A stretch of 64,000 nt of DNA from Candidatus Nealsonbacteria bacterium (GCA_026396095.1 JAPLXK010000003.1:12727-76726); one strand, 5' to 3'; shown: positions 18,519 through 28,369, numbered from the stretch's first letter. The notes: generated by a model from the sequence alone, not told the origin. Numbers and translations: made by a program.

Positions 18519-19442
18519 TCAAAATCCAGTTGCGATTACGGTTACTTTTATTTCTCCTTTTTGAAGTTTTTCATCTTGAACCGCCCCAAAGATTACTTTT
18601 GCTCCGGGATTAATCTCTCGGGTAATAACTTTGGCTACCTCGTCTATTTCGGAAAGGCTGATATCTTTTCCTCCGGAAATGTTAAATAATAACCCTTTTG
18701 CCCCTTTGGGTGAAACATCCAGCAGGGGAGAGTTTATGGCTGCAAGGGCAGCCCTTTCAGCTCTTTTTTCTCCCTGAGCCTTCCCTACTCCAAAAAGTGC
18801 TGAACCGGCATTGGCCATTATCGCCTTAACGTCAGCGAAATCAACATTAATGATTCCCGGTAAAAGTATCAAGTCGGAAATTCCCTGTACCGCCTGGCGC
18901 AAAACATCATCACAAGCCCAAAAAGCATCTAAAAGGGAAATGCTGGGATCCAAAGTGGAAAGAAGCTTATTATTGGAAATAGAAATCAAGGTATCAACTT
19001 TTTCTTTAAGCTTTTTGTAAGCGTCGACGGCAATTTTTTCCCTTACTCGGCCCTCAAAAGAAAAAGGTGTGGTAATAACGGCTAGTGTAAGAATACCCAA
19101 TTCTTTGGCTATTTCGGCAATTACCGGAACCGCGCCAGACCCCGTTCCTCCGCCCAGTCCGCAGGTAATAAAAACCATATCCGCTCCTTTTAGGGCGTCT
19201 ATTATCTCTTGCCTGTTTTCTATGGCAGACTTTCTCCCCGTTTCCGGATCCATTCCCGAACCCAGTCCCTGAGTGGTTTTTTTCCCTATTCTAATCTTTA
19301 GGTCCGCCCTGGCCTTGGCTAGATCCTGAGCGTCGGTATTAACGACAATCAGCTCCACTCCCTTAATTTTGCTTCTTGCCATCCGGTTAACCGCATTTGA
19401 TCCAGACCCCCCCACTCCGATAACTTTGATTTTTGTTTCCAT
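18519..19442 (-). CDS. ftsZ: cell division GTPase FtsZ (core only, 307 aa)
   Basis: GVGGSGSNAVNRM tubulin signature. GGGTGSG. Ends at ...KVTVIATGF immediately before the stop. Confidence 0.9.
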   Translation of the reverse strand: METKIKVIGVGGSGSNAVNRMARSKIKGVELIVVNTDAQDLAKARADLKIRIGKKTTQGLGSGMDPETGRKSAIENRQEIIDALKGADMVFITCGLGGGTGSGAVPVIAEIAKELGILTLAVITTPFSFEGRVREKIAVDAYKKLKEKVDTLISISNNKLLSTLDPSISLLDAFWACDDVLRQAVQGISDLILLPGIINVDFADVKAIMANAGSALFGVGKAQGEKRAERAALAAINSPLLDVSPKGAKGLLFNISGGKDISLSEIDEVAKVITREINPGAKVIFGAVQDEKLQKGEIKVTVIATGF

Positions 19443-19445
19443 ATT

Positions 19446-20648
19446 TTAGGGTATAAAAATTTGAAATACCTTTTTTATCCTTTCCATCATTTTTCCCTGA
19501 TCTTTTTTGCCAGAACCGAAATCTTCCGACCCTTTTAAGACCAGGCCACAGGCAGTGGCAAAGATTAAGCCGTCTTCCAAGCCAGAAAAACCAGAAGGCT
19601 TCCAGGTCCGGCAAGAAAGCTTTAATTCTTTTTTAGCCAAATCAACTATTTTAGGAAGGCTTGCCCCGCCACCGGTTAAAACTATTCCTGCAGGCAACTT
19701 CCCCTGCTTTCCGATTTTTTTCAATTCCTTATTTACTTCTCCAAAAATTTCGGAAACCCTGGCTTCTATTATTCCTGCAACCATTTTCGGGGAAAAGATT
19801 AAAATTTCTCCGTCTTCCAGTTCTATCTTTTCCTTTTTGCCATTTCCCTTGAAAATACAACTTCCAGACCTTATTTTTATCAATTCGGCAACGTCAATGT
19901 CGGTTTTGAGGATAATTGCAATATCATTGGTTATGTTTGCCGAACCTATCGGGAAAACAGCCAGATGGATCAAGTTTCCTTCTTCAAAAACAGCTAATTC
20001 GGAAGTGCCTGCGCCGATATTCAAAACAGCCACTCCCAATTCTTTTTGCTTTTGGTTGAGCGCGGCGTTGGAAACAGCCAAAACAGAAGGAAGCATGTCG
20101 GAAACCTTAAGGTCGGCATTAAAAACAGCCTGGGTCAAATTGTTTTTATAAGGAGCAAAGCATCCTATGATAAGAACTTTTACTTCCAGCCTTCCCCCTT
20201 GCATTCCTTCAACTTCTTTTATCCCTCCCTTTCCGTCGATGATAAATTCTTTTGGAATGATTTCTAAAATTTCTTCATTTGATGATAAAGAAATGGTTTT
20301 AGCCGCCTCTAATACCCTGTCCACGTCCTCCTTGGAAACTTTTCGGTCTGCCCGGGAAACAGCCACCACGCCTTCGGAATTGTTGCAAAAAATATGGCCA
20401 CCTCCGATATTAACATAAACCGAGTCTATTCTCTGGCCGCTTTCTATTCTGACTTTATTAATAAGAATCTGGATGATCTGGGAGACCTTTTCTACATCAA
20501 CAACCACGCCCCTCCTTATCCCGGAAGAAAGCTCCTGAGCCTGGTAAATCACCTTCATTTCGCTGTTGTCTTTCTTTTTTTCCGCTAATAATATTTTTAT
20601 ATTGCTTGTTCCTATGTCTAGGCCTGCAATAATTTTTGACTTGGCCAT
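19446..20648 (-). CDS. ftsA: cell division protein FtsA
   Basis: Actin-fold motifs IAGLDIGTSNIK and GIVLTGGGA. Directly upstream of ftsZ. Confidence 0.85.
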   Translation of the reverse strand: MAKSKIIAGLDIGTSNIKILLAEKKKDNSEMKVIYQAQELSSGIRRGVVVDVEKVSQIIQILINKVRIESGQRIDSVYVNIGGGHIFCNNSEGVVAVSRADRKVSKEDVDRVLEAAKTISLSSNEEILEIIPKEFIIDGKGGIKEVEGMQGGRLEVKVLIIGCFAPYKNNLTQAVFNADLKVSDMLPSVLAVSNAALNQKQKELGVAVLNIGAGTSELAVFEEGNLIHLAVFPIGSANITNDIAIILKTDIDVAELIKIRSGSCIFKGNGKKEKIELEDGEILIFSPKMVAGIIEARVSEIFGEVNKELKKIGKQGKLPAGIVLTGGGASLPKIVDLAKKELKLSCRTWKPSGFSGLEDGLIFATACGLVLKGSEDFGSGKKDQGKMMERIKKVFQIFIP

Positions 20649-20675
20649 AAAGTTAGAGCCTTGTATCTTAAAAAA

Positions 20676-21077
20676 CTAAATATTTAAATAATATTCTTCT
20701 TTCTTCTTCATTTTCTCTTCTTCTTTATCTTTCTCGTGGTCATATCCCAAAAGATGCAAAACTCCGTGTATTAAAACTCTGGATAATTCCTTTTTGAAAT
20801 TTGAATTGAATTTTTTAGTGTTTTTTTTGACCTCAACTGGGCAAATAATTATTTCCCCCCAGTTTTCTTTGTCTTGAAAAGACAAGACATCTGTCGGCCG
20901 ATTTTTCTTCCTGTATCTTTTATTTAACTCTTTTATCCTTAAGGGCACAACTAGGGCGATAGACAAATCCTTTTTTTCAAAACAATTGCTTGATTCTTTT
21001 TTTAATATTTTAAACGCCAATTCCCTTAAAAATTTCTTGTCAATGGAATAATCGGTTAAATTATTAACTTCTATCAT
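20676..21077 (-). CDS. ybeY: endoribonuclease YbeY
   Basis: HGVLHLLGYDHE zinc-binding motif. Confidence 0.85.
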   Translation of the reverse strand: MIEVNNLTDYSIDKKFLRELAFKILKKESSNCFEKKDLSIALVVPLRIKELNKRYRKKNRPTDVLSFQDKENWGEIIICPVEVKKNTKKFNSNFKKELSRVLIHGVLHLLGYDHEKDKEEEKMKKKEEYYLNI

Positions 21078-21577
21078 GATTTGACTGCTATTGATTCTTT
21101 TACGATTTTACTGACCAGGCTCCCGTCCGCCCTGCCTTTTGTTTTGGGCATTAATTCCGCCATTACTTTTCCCATGTCTTTTTGCTCTTTAGCGCCGGTC
21201 TTTTCAACCGCCTCCTTTACCAGACTCCTGATCTCTTCTTCGCTGAGCTGCTTGGGCAGATATGTCTCTATAATCGCAAGCTCTTTTTTTTCTTTTTCCA
21301 CCAGATCATTTCTTCCTCCTTTTCCGAACTCTGAGATAGACTCTCTTCTTTTTTTAGCTTCATAGGAAACAACTTCCAAAACCTCTTCTTCGGTCAAAAG
21401 GCTTTCTTTTTCCAGTTCTTTGCCCGAAAGATCGGGCTTTTCCTTGCTTTTTTTAAATCTTTTATCCTTCTCTTTATTCAAAACCGTAGCTAAAATCTGC
21501 CTTAAAACCAAGACTTCCGTATCCTTCTTTCCCTTTACCGAAGCGTTAAGATTTTGAAGGATTTTTTCTTTCAGCAT
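21074..21577 (-). CDS. yqeY: GatB/YqeY-domain protein
   Basis: C-terminal KDMGKVMAELMPKTKGRADGSLVSKIV block typical of YqeY. Confidence 0.75.
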   Translation of the reverse strand: MLKEKILQNLNASVKGKKDTEVLVLRQILATVLNKEKDKRFKKSKEKPDLSGKELEKESLLTEEEVLEVVSYEAKKRRESISEFGKGGRNDLVEKEKKELAIIETYLPKQLSEEEIRSLVKEAVEKTGAKEQKDMGKVMAELMPKTKGRADGSLVSKIVKESIAVKS

Positions 21578-21583
21578 GAATGA

Positions 21584-21808
21584 TTATTTTTTATCGGTTA
21601 ATCCTAATTTTTTCAGACGCTGGTATTCCTTTCTCAGTTGCTCGCGCCTTAAAGCCGCTCTTTTTTTCATCTGCGGGCTTTTTGAGCGTTTGTGATAGCG
21701 GTTTTCTCTTGCCTGTCGCAAAACTCCGCTTTTCTGGACTCTTTTTGTAAAGCGGCGAATCAAGCTTTGAGAAGTTTCCCTTTCTTGTTTTTTCGCTTCT
21801 ATGACCAT
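21584..21808 (-). CDS. rpsU: 30S ribosomal protein S21
   Basis: 74 aa, basic. SLIRRFTKRVQKSGVL...RENRYHKRSKS matches S21. Confidence 0.8.
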   Translation of the reverse strand: MVIEAKKQERETSQSLIRRFTKRVQKSGVLRQARENRYHKRSKSPQMKKRAALRREQLRKEYQRLKKLGLTDKK

Positions 21809-22134
21809 AATAATTTTTTTCCTCCTAATAAGTGTAAGTGTAAATGGTCGACCATTTGACCGGAATCTTTTCCTACGTTAAAAACCAATCTGTATCCATT
21901 ATCGGCTATTCCTTGGGTCTTGGCTATTTTTTTTGCAGCCAAAAATAATTCTCCCATCAATTCCTTATCCTGCAATTCCAAATGATTAATTGAGGTAATG
22001 TGTTTTTTAGGAATAATCAAATAATGAATCGGGGCTATCGGATTAATATCTTTAAAGGCGACAAAGCTTTCGTCTTCGTAAATAATTGTCGCAGGAAGCT
22101 CCTTTTTCGCTATTTGGCAAAAAATACAGTTCAT
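21799..22134 (-). CDS. HIT-family nucleotide hydrolase
   Basis: CIFCQI N-terminus and HLHLHLLGG histidine-triad motif. Confidence 0.85.
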   Translation of the reverse strand: MNCIFCQIAKKELPATIIYEDESFVAFKDINPIAPIHYLIIPKKHITSINHLELQDKELMGELFLAAKKIAKTQGIADNGYRLVFNVGKDSGQMVDHLHLHLLGGKKLLWS

Positions 22135-23432
22135 TTCTTTAATCGCTTTTGTATTTCCTTAACCGCTGATTCGATTTTCACCGTTTCCTGCTTTCCGTTT
22201 TCCATATCCCTTATTATCACAGATCCTTCCAAGGCTTCCCTTTGTCCCAAGAGCAATGTATATTTTGCTTTCATCTTATCGGCCATTTTCAGCTGGGATT
22301 TTAAAGAATCCTTTCCGAAAGATTCTCCCACCTCTATTTTAGCTTTTCTGAATTCTTCCAAAAGCTTTAATCCTTTTCTTTTGGCCATGCTTCCGATCTG
22401 GGCCAAAAAAACCGAACGGTCATCCGATTTAATAATTTTTATATTCTTGTTTTTCATGGCAATAACCACCCTTTCTATCCCCATCGCTCCTCCTCCAGCG
22501 AAGGTATTTTCTCCGCCCAAAAGCTTTACCAAATTGTCATATCTTCCTCCTCCAACCAGGGCGCTTCTGGCAGCCGGCTTATCGTCTTCCGTTTTCTGAG
22601 TTTCATCTATAAAAATTTCAAAAACCGTTTTCGTATAATAGTCCAATCCTCTCACCAAGTAAGGATTCAGACGATAGGGCAATTCAATCTCATCAAGAAA
22701 CTCCAGGACTCCTTTGAAATGGCGATGGCAGTCTTCGCAAAGATGATCAATGATTTGAGGGGCCTGGCTCGTTATCTTCTGGCACTTTTCTTCTTTGCAA
22801 TCCAAAACCCTCAAAGGATTTTCCCTTAACCGGCGGCGGCAATCAGGACACAAAAGAGATTCTTTGTGCTTTAAAAAGCTTGTTAAAACTTTTTTGTAAT
22901 AAGCCCTGCACTGGGGATCTCCAATGCTGTTTACCTCCACGATTAAATTTTTCAATTTTAATTCGCTTAAGATGTTGTAAAAAATCTGGATAACCTGGGC
23001 ATCTATTACGGGATCTCCTTCTCCGATAACCTCTATGTTGAATTGATGGAACTGGCGATGACGTCCGGCTTGGGAATGCTCGTACCTGAACAAAGGGCCG
23101 AATGAATAAAACTTAACCGGCTGAGGAAGGTTTTTCATTCCGTGCTCAATATATGCCCTGATTACTCCCGGAGTGAATTCCGGACGCAGGCTTAAAAAAT
23201 CTCCTCCTTTGGTTTTAAGATTGTACATCTGCTTTTGGACGATATCCGTCAGCAGCCCGGTTCCTTTGGAAAAAAGCTCTGTTTCCTCCAAGATGGGAGT
23301 GTCTATTTTTTTAAATCCGTAAAAATCGACAACATTTTCGGCAATGTCTAAAATCTTTTGAAAATATTTCTGTTCTTCCGGCAAAACATCCCTCATTCCG
23401 CTTGCTCTTTGGATTTTAGGTTTTTTACTCAT
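22131..23432 (-). CDS. hisS: histidyl-tRNA synthetase
   Basis: Class II motifs: MRDVLPEE, FRYE...GRHRQFHQ, GGGRYDNL and an anticodon-binding C-terminus. Confidence 0.9.
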   Translation of the reverse strand: MSKKPKIQRASGMRDVLPEEQKYFQKILDIAENVVDFYGFKKIDTPILEETELFSKGTGLLTDIVQKQMYNLKTKGGDFLSLRPEFTPGVIRAYIEHGMKNLPQPVKFYSFGPLFRYEHSQAGRHRQFHQFNIEVIGEGDPVIDAQVIQIFYNILSELKLKNLIVEVNSIGDPQCRAYYKKVLTSFLKHKESLLCPDCRRRLRENPLRVLDCKEEKCQKITSQAPQIIDHLCEDCHRHFKGVLEFLDEIELPYRLNPYLVRGLDYYTKTVFEIFIDETQKTEDDKPAARSALVGGGRYDNLVKLLGGENTFAGGGAMGIERVVIAMKNKNIKIIKSDDRSVFLAQIGSMAKRKGLKLLEEFRKAKIEVGESFGKDSLKSQLKMADKMKAKYTLLLGQREALEGSVIIRDMENGKQETVKIESAVKEIQKRLKK

Positions 23433-23973
23433 AAACAGGTGCTCCGAATTTTGTTAAAGTGGCCAGTGGCCAAACCCGAAAAAATACCCTGCCGATAATA
23501 TCTTCCCTGGGAACAGGACCCCAGCGCCGGGAATCGGAAGAAGCCACCCTGTTGTCTCCCAATACAAAATATTCGTTTTCTTTCAGGGTAATCTTTACGT
23601 CTCCAAGGGTTAAAACCCCCTGGGGGATATAATTTTCTTCTTTCAGAACTTTTTCTCCGTCTTTATTAAAAATATCTACCTTTCCGTCTTTTGTCTCTAC
23701 CGTCTCTCCCGGCAGCCCGATAATTCTTTTGATATAGCGCTGGGAGACATCATTGGGATATTTAAAAACCACTACCTCTCCCCTCTGAGGTTCTTTAAGT
23801 CTGTAAGAAAGCTCGTCTACAAAAAGGTAATCGCCGTTTTCAAAATTTGGCTCCATTGACTGGCCCTTTACAAAAAAGGGCTGAAAAATAAAAAGACGGA
23901 TAGGTGCGACTATCAAGCAGGCAAGTATGACTATCTTAATAACTTCCCAAACATAAATAAAGAAATTTTTCAT
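23425..23973 (-). CDS. lepB: signal peptidase I
   Basis: N-terminal TM. GQSMEPNF (Ser box), KRIIGLPGE and GDNRVASSDSR boxes. Confidence 0.85.
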   Translation of the reverse strand: MKNFFIYVWEVIKIVILACLIVAPIRLFIFQPFFVKGQSMEPNFENGDYLFVDELSYRLKEPQRGEVVVFKYPNDVSQRYIKRIIGLPGETVETKDGKVDIFNKDGEKVLKEENYIPQGVLTLGDVKITLKENEYFVLGDNRVASSDSRRWGPVPREDIIGRVFFRVWPLATLTKFGAPVYE

Positions 23974-24118
23974 AATGTAATCATTATACTAGTTTTCCTT
24001 TTAAAATCAAGAATTTAAACCGCTTAAAAAAGTAGCGTTCTGAAACGAGCCAGCTCCTTTCCGCTCGGCAAACATTGATAATTTTTCTTAAAATCTTTCC
24101 CTGTGATATACTAAATCA

Positions 24119-24715
24119 ATGATTTTAATTGTCGGACTGGGAAATCCTGGTGAAAAATACGAAAACACCCGCCACAACGTCGGATTTATGGTTGTTGAAC
24201 AATTAAGAAAAGATCTAAACCTTGCTGATTTTGATTTCGACAAAAAAAGCAATTCTTTTTTTTCAAAAAATATTGATCAACTCATTATTAAGCTCGATGC
24301 CTCCAGGAAGATCGATCTTTTCATTGTTAAGCCCGATACTTTTATGAATCTATCCGGACAAGCAGTATCTTCTTTGATCAACTTTTATAAAATAAATGAG
24401 GCAAATAAAATAATCATACACGATGATATCGACCTGCTTATCGGACAAATAAAGATTTCAAAAGACCGAGGATCTGCCGGACACAAAGGAGTGGAGTCTA
24501 TTATTAAAAATCTCGGAACCAAAAATTTTATCAGAATCAGAATAGGGATCAAGCCGAAATCAGGAAAGCCAAAAAAAACTGAAGATTTTGTCCTTAAAAA
24601 ATTCAGCAAAGAAGAAAAAGAGGTCATCAACGAGATTATTTTAAAATCCGTTGAGGCGATAAGGGCGATAATAAAAGACGGGCCGGAGAAAGCAATGAGT
24701 ATTTTTAACAATTAA
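24119..24715 (+). CDS. pth: peptidyl-tRNA hydrolase
   Basis: LIVGLGNPGEKYENTRHNVGF and HDDIDL motifs. Confidence 0.9.
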   Translation: MILIVGLGNPGEKYENTRHNVGFMVVEQLRKDLNLADFDFDKKSNSFFSKNIDQLIIKLDASRKIDLFIVKPDTFMNLSGQAVSSLINFYKINEANKIIIHDDIDLLIGQIKISKDRGSAGHKGVESIIKNLGTKNFIRIRIGIKPKSGKPKKTEDFVLKKFSKEEKEVINEIILKSVEAIRAIIKDGPEKAMSIFNN

Positions 24716-24752
24716 AAAACCGAGTCTTTCGGCTCCGGGTTTTCGCTCTCCA

Positions 24753-24858
24753 TCCTACCTGCGAAAGGAAGAATTAAACAAGAAAACCTGTAAACTCTAA
24801 CGTTAGGCCGTCCGGACTAATGGAGGGATTGTCCGGATTATGCCGCTCGCAGGTAGGA
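24753..24858. other. structured inverted-repeat element between pth and dprA (12-bp outer stem enclosing a CCGGAC/GTCCGG hairpin)
   Basis: TCCTACCTGCGA at 24753-24764 pairs with TCGCAGGTAGGA at 24847-24858. The inner stem at 24812-24817 / 24831-24836 has the loop TAATGGAGGGATT. Confidence 0.3.
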
Positions 24859-24926
24859 CGGAAAACAAAAACTACTTTATCGGATATTCATATTATAATA
24901 TCTAATTTAAAAATTGTCAAGTATTT

Positions 24927-25586
24927 ATGGAAGATGTCAAAATAGTTGATATCAGAAGCAAGAGCTACCCATCGCTTTTAAAAAATATTACTAACCCGCC
25001 AAAAGTCCTTTATGTCAGAGGGGAAATCTATCCAGAGGAAAATTGTTTTGCTGTCGTCGGCTCCAGGGAATGCTCTTTTTACGGAAAACAGGTTGCAAAT
25101 GAAATTAGCGGAGATTTGTCAGAATCCGGACTGATAATAGTGAGCGGATTGGCGTCGGGTATTGATGCTGTGGCACATCGGGCAGCTGTAAAGAATAAAA
25201 AAAGAACGATCGGCGTACTAGGAACAGGGGTAGACGATGAGTCTTTCTATCCTAAGGAAAATCTGAGTCTGGCAAGGGAGGTTATAGGAAACAACGGCTG
25301 CTTGATTTCCGAGTATCCGCCCGGAACCAGGGGATCTAAATTTTCTTTTCCCCAAAGAAACAGAATTATCACAGGATTATCTTTAGGAATCTTGGTGGTA
25401 GAGGCAAAAGAAAAATCAGGGTCTTTGATTGCCGCGCAATGGGCAAAAAAACAAGAAAGAAAAATTTTCAGCGTCCCGGGAAGTGTTTATTTTCCCAATT
25501 CCAAGGGAACTAATTTTTTAATAAAAAACGGGGCTATATTAACAGAAAACGCAAAAGATATTTTAAAAGAATTAAAAATGGTCTGA
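24927..25586 (+). CDS. dprA: DNA processing protein DprA/Smf (Rossmann core only)
   Basis: VVGSRECSFYGKQVA...GLASGIDAVAHRAA motif. 219 aa without SAM/WH extensions. Confidence 0.75.
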   Translation: MEDVKIVDIRSKSYPSLLKNITNPPKVLYVRGEIYPEENCFAVVGSRECSFYGKQVANEISGDLSESGLIIVSGLASGIDAVAHRAAVKNKKRTIGVLGTGVDDESFYPKENLSLAREVIGNNGCLISEYPPGTRGSKFSFPQRNRIITGLSLGILVVEAKEKSGSLIAAQWAKKQERKIFSVPGSVYFPNSKGTNFLIKNGAILTENAKDILKELKMV

Positions 25587-25675
25587 TTGATTTTTTAAAA
25601 AACATTGCCAATCTCTTGCCAACTTATAAATACAATGTAAAGTAAGAAGCTTGAAGGGCAATATATAACAATTCA

Positions 25676-27763
25676 ATGAATTTAATAATTGTAGAAAGTC
25701 CTACGAAAGCCAATACCATCGCTAAATTCTTAGGCCCGAAATACAGGGTTCTTTCTTCTTATGGGCACGTTCGCGATTTACCGAAAAGCGAGCTCGGCGT
25801 TGATGTTGAAAAAAATTTTCAGCCCAAGTACATTGTCCCCACCAAATCAAAAAAGATAATCAACTTGTTAAAAAAAGAATTACTAAAGGCTGATGAAATA
25901 ATTCTTGCTACCGATGAAGACCGCGAAGGAGAGGCTATTTCATGGCACCTAGCCAGTATTCTGGGTTTAAACGGAGAAAAAAAATACCAAAGAATTGTTT
26001 TTCATGAAATCACCAAGCAAGCGATTGAAGAGGCTCTGAAAAATCCGAGAAAAATTGATTTAAATTTAGTGGATGCCCAGCAGGCACGAAGAGTTTTAGA
26101 CAGAATCGTGGGATACAAATTATCTCCTTTTTTATGGAAAAAAGTTGCCCGGGGACTTTCGGCCGGAAGGGTCCAGTCCGTAGCCGTGGTGCTGGTGGTA
26201 GAGCGTGAAAGAGAAATTGAAAAATTCATTCCCCAGGAATACTGGTCCATCGAGGCAAGCCTCAGAAAGGAAAAAAACAAAAAAGAATTCATAGCTTCTT
26301 TGGTCAAGAAAGATGATAAGCCCATAGATAAGCTGGAAATTAAAAATAAAGAAGAAGCTGATAAAATTATTAACGACTTAACTGGGGCCGAATACAAGGT
26401 CTCAAATATTGAAAAAAAAGAAGTAAAAAGAAACCCCCTTCCCCCCTTTACAACCAGCACCTTACAGCAGGCGGCTTGGCAGAAATTCAAGTTCTCAGCC
26501 AAATTTACAATGCAATTGGCCCAGCGACTCTACGAGAGCGGGTCAATAACCTACCACAGAACCGATTCTTTGAATCTTTCAGATATTTCCCTTTTTGCAG
26601 CTAAAAATTTCATTGAAGAAAATTACGGAGAAAAATATTGGGCAGGATATCTGAGAAGATTTAAAACAAAATCAAAGAGAGCACAGGAGGCACACGAAGC
26701 AATCCGCCCGTCTTATCCGGATAAGACTCCTTCTTCTCTTTTCGGGGATAAAAAGAAAGACAAGATGGCTGAAGCCCAGCTTAAGCTTTATAATTTAATC
26801 TGGAGCAGATTTATCGCCTGCCAGATGAATCAGGCTGTTTTCGACGCCACAACAATAGACATTGGGGCAAAAAATTATACCTTCCGGATAAATGGACAAG
26901 CTTTAAAATTCGACGGGTTCTTGAGGGTTTATCCCATTAAATTTAAAGAAGCCGAACTTCCTGTCCTGGAAAGGGAAGAGGTTTTGGAATTGATAGAATT
27001 ATTGCATTCCCAACATTTTACCCAACCGCCCGCAAGATATAATGAAGCAACCTTGATAAAAGCGCTTGAGGAAAACGGGATCGGAAGGCCGTCAACCTAT
27101 GCGCCAATTTTATCCAATATTCAGGACAAGAATTACATTGAAAAAAACGACCAAAAAAGATTCCGGCCGACAGAGATCGGAACGGTGGTTAGCGACATTC
27201 TGGTCGCTCATTTCCCCGAAATTGTTGATGTTAACTTTACCGCCGGAATGGAAGAAAACTTAGACCAGGTGGCTGAAGGAAAAAAAGAGTGGACAGGAGT
27301 TATCCGGGAGTTTTACCAGCCGTTTGCGGAAAATTTGGAAAAAAAATACAAAGAGGTTTTAAAAAAAGACGTTACCGAAACGCCGACAGAAAAAATCTGC
27401 CCGAAATGCAAAGCTCCTTTGTTGATAAGGCTGGGAAAATACGGAAAATTCTACGCCTGCTCGGCATTTCCCAAATGCCGCCACACCGAATCACTGGAAG
27501 AAAATGCCTTAAAGATAAAATGTCCTAAATGTAAAAATGGCAAATTGGTTGAAAAAAGAACGAAAAAAAGAAAAATATTCTACGGCTGCAATCAGTTCCC
27601 GAAATGTGATTTTGCCCTGTGGGACAAGCCCATAGAAAAATTCTGCCCTAAATGCAAATCAATTTTGGTAGAAACAAAAAGAGAGCAGGTAAAATGCTCA
27701 AATAAGGAGTGCGACTATAAGATTGAAAAGAAAAAAGTTTCTGATAAGATAAAATCGTCTTAA
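25676..27763 (+). CDS. topA: DNA topoisomerase I
   Basis: Toprim N-terminus (LIIVESPTKA...DEDREGEAI), the active-site Tyr region, and three C-terminal C4 zinc ribbons (CPKCK...). Confidence 0.9.
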   Translation: MNLIIVESPTKANTIAKFLGPKYRVLSSYGHVRDLPKSELGVDVEKNFQPKYIVPTKSKKIINLLKKELLKADEIILATDEDREGEAISWHLASILGLNGEKKYQRIVFHEITKQAIEEALKNPRKIDLNLVDAQQARRVLDRIVGYKLSPFLWKKVARGLSAGRVQSVAVVLVVEREREIEKFIPQEYWSIEASLRKEKNKKEFIASLVKKDDKPIDKLEIKNKEEADKIINDLTGAEYKVSNIEKKEVKRNPLPPFTTSTLQQAAWQKFKFSAKFTMQLAQRLYESGSITYHRTDSLNLSDISLFAAKNFIEENYGEKYWAGYLRRFKTKSKRAQEAHEAIRPSYPDKTPSSLFGDKKKDKMAEAQLKLYNLIWSRFIACQMNQAVFDATTIDIGAKNYTFRINGQALKFDGFLRVYPIKFKEAELPVLEREEVLELIELLHSQHFTQPPARYNEATLIKALEENGIGRPSTYAPILSNIQDKNYIEKNDQKRFRPTEIGTVVSDILVAHFPEIVDVNFTAGMEENLDQVAEGKKEWTGVIREFYQPFAENLEKKYKEVLKKDVTETPTEKICPKCKAPLLIRLGKYGKFYACSAFPKCRHTESLEENALKIKCPKCKNGKLVEKRTKKRKIFYGCNQFPKCDFALWDKPIEKFCPKCKSILVETKREQVKCSNKECDYKIEKKKVSDKIKSS

Positions 27764-27767
27764 TCCT

Positions 27768-27851
27768 GCCTGGGTGGCGGAATTGGTTTACGCGTACGAC
27801 TCAAAATCGTATGATCGCAAGGTCGTGTGGGTTCGACTCCCACCCCAGGCA
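27768..27851 (+). tRNA. tRNA-Leu (anticodon CAA), class II with long variable arm
   Basis: Acceptor stem GCCTGGG/CCCAGGC with 7/7 pairs. Anticodon stem TACGA/TCGTA, loop CTCAAAA. T-arm GTGGG-TTCGACT-CCCAC. Variable arm GATC-GCAA-GGTC. Discriminator A. CCA not encoded. Confidence 0.9.
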
Positions 27852-27853
27852 CC

Positions 27854-28369
27854 CTAATTAAACGATTTAATTTTAGGAGAGATTTTGTTGATAAAATAAG
27901 CTGAAATAATTCCCACCAGAGCTCCGGCTAAAATATCAGAAGGCCAATGAATCCCGCCGTAAACCCGAGAAATAGAAACTAAAAAGCTGGCAATTAAGAA
28001 CAAGATGCCGGCTTTTTTGTTGTAGAAATAAACCATAGCAGAAAAGCCGAAAAAGAAAGCTGCGTGGCCGGATGGAAAAGAAGGGCTGGCCGAATGCTCT
28101 AAAAGAAGGTTGACGTTGTTTTCGACAAAGGGCCTTGGTCTTTCCCAAAAAAAACGGATCATTTCGGTAATTATAAAACGGGAAAAAAAAGCAGCTAATA
28201 GAGACTTGATTAAAATGGGCTTGTATTTTTTTGAATCTTTTAAGAAATATATAAAAAGAATAAGAACTAAAGCATAACCCAGGTATTCAGCAGAAAATAC
28301 CACTAAAGAATCAAGCAGGGGCCACTTCCCAACAAAACTGTTTAATTTTTGAAAAATTAAATAATCCAT
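27854..28369 (-). CDS. PAP2-family phosphatase (undecaprenyl-diphosphatase-like)
   Basis: KxxxxxxRP, PSGH and SRxxxxxHxxxD PAP2 motifs (ERPRPF, SFPSGHAA, SRVYGGIHWPSD). Confidence 0.8.
   Translation of the reverse strand: MDYLIFQKLNSFVGKWPLLDSLVVFSAEYLGYALVLILFIYFLKDSKKYKPILIKSLLAAFFSRFIITEMIRFFWERPRPFVENNVNLLLEHSASPSFPSGHAAFFFGFSAMVYFYNKKAGILFLIASFLVSISRVYGGIHWPSDILAGALVGIISAYFINKISPKIKSFN

Noticed and set aside
19507-20151. 214-aa plus-strand ORF
   Set aside because: Antisense to ftsA. The Pro/Ser-rich translation is typical of a shadow ORF.
24716-24746. Terminator hairpin right after pth
   Set aside because: Only a 4-bp CCGA/TCGG stem could be drawn. Too weak to call. pth may read through toward dprA.
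24753-24858. Possibility that the pth-dprA structured element is SRP (4.5S) RNA
   Set aside because: GCGAAAGGAAG superficially recalls the SRP domain IV GGAAGGAAGCAGCC, but the conserved CAGCC/GNRA-closing context and the symmetric loop are absent.
26002-26502. 166-aa minus-strand ORF
   Set aside because: Antisense within topA.
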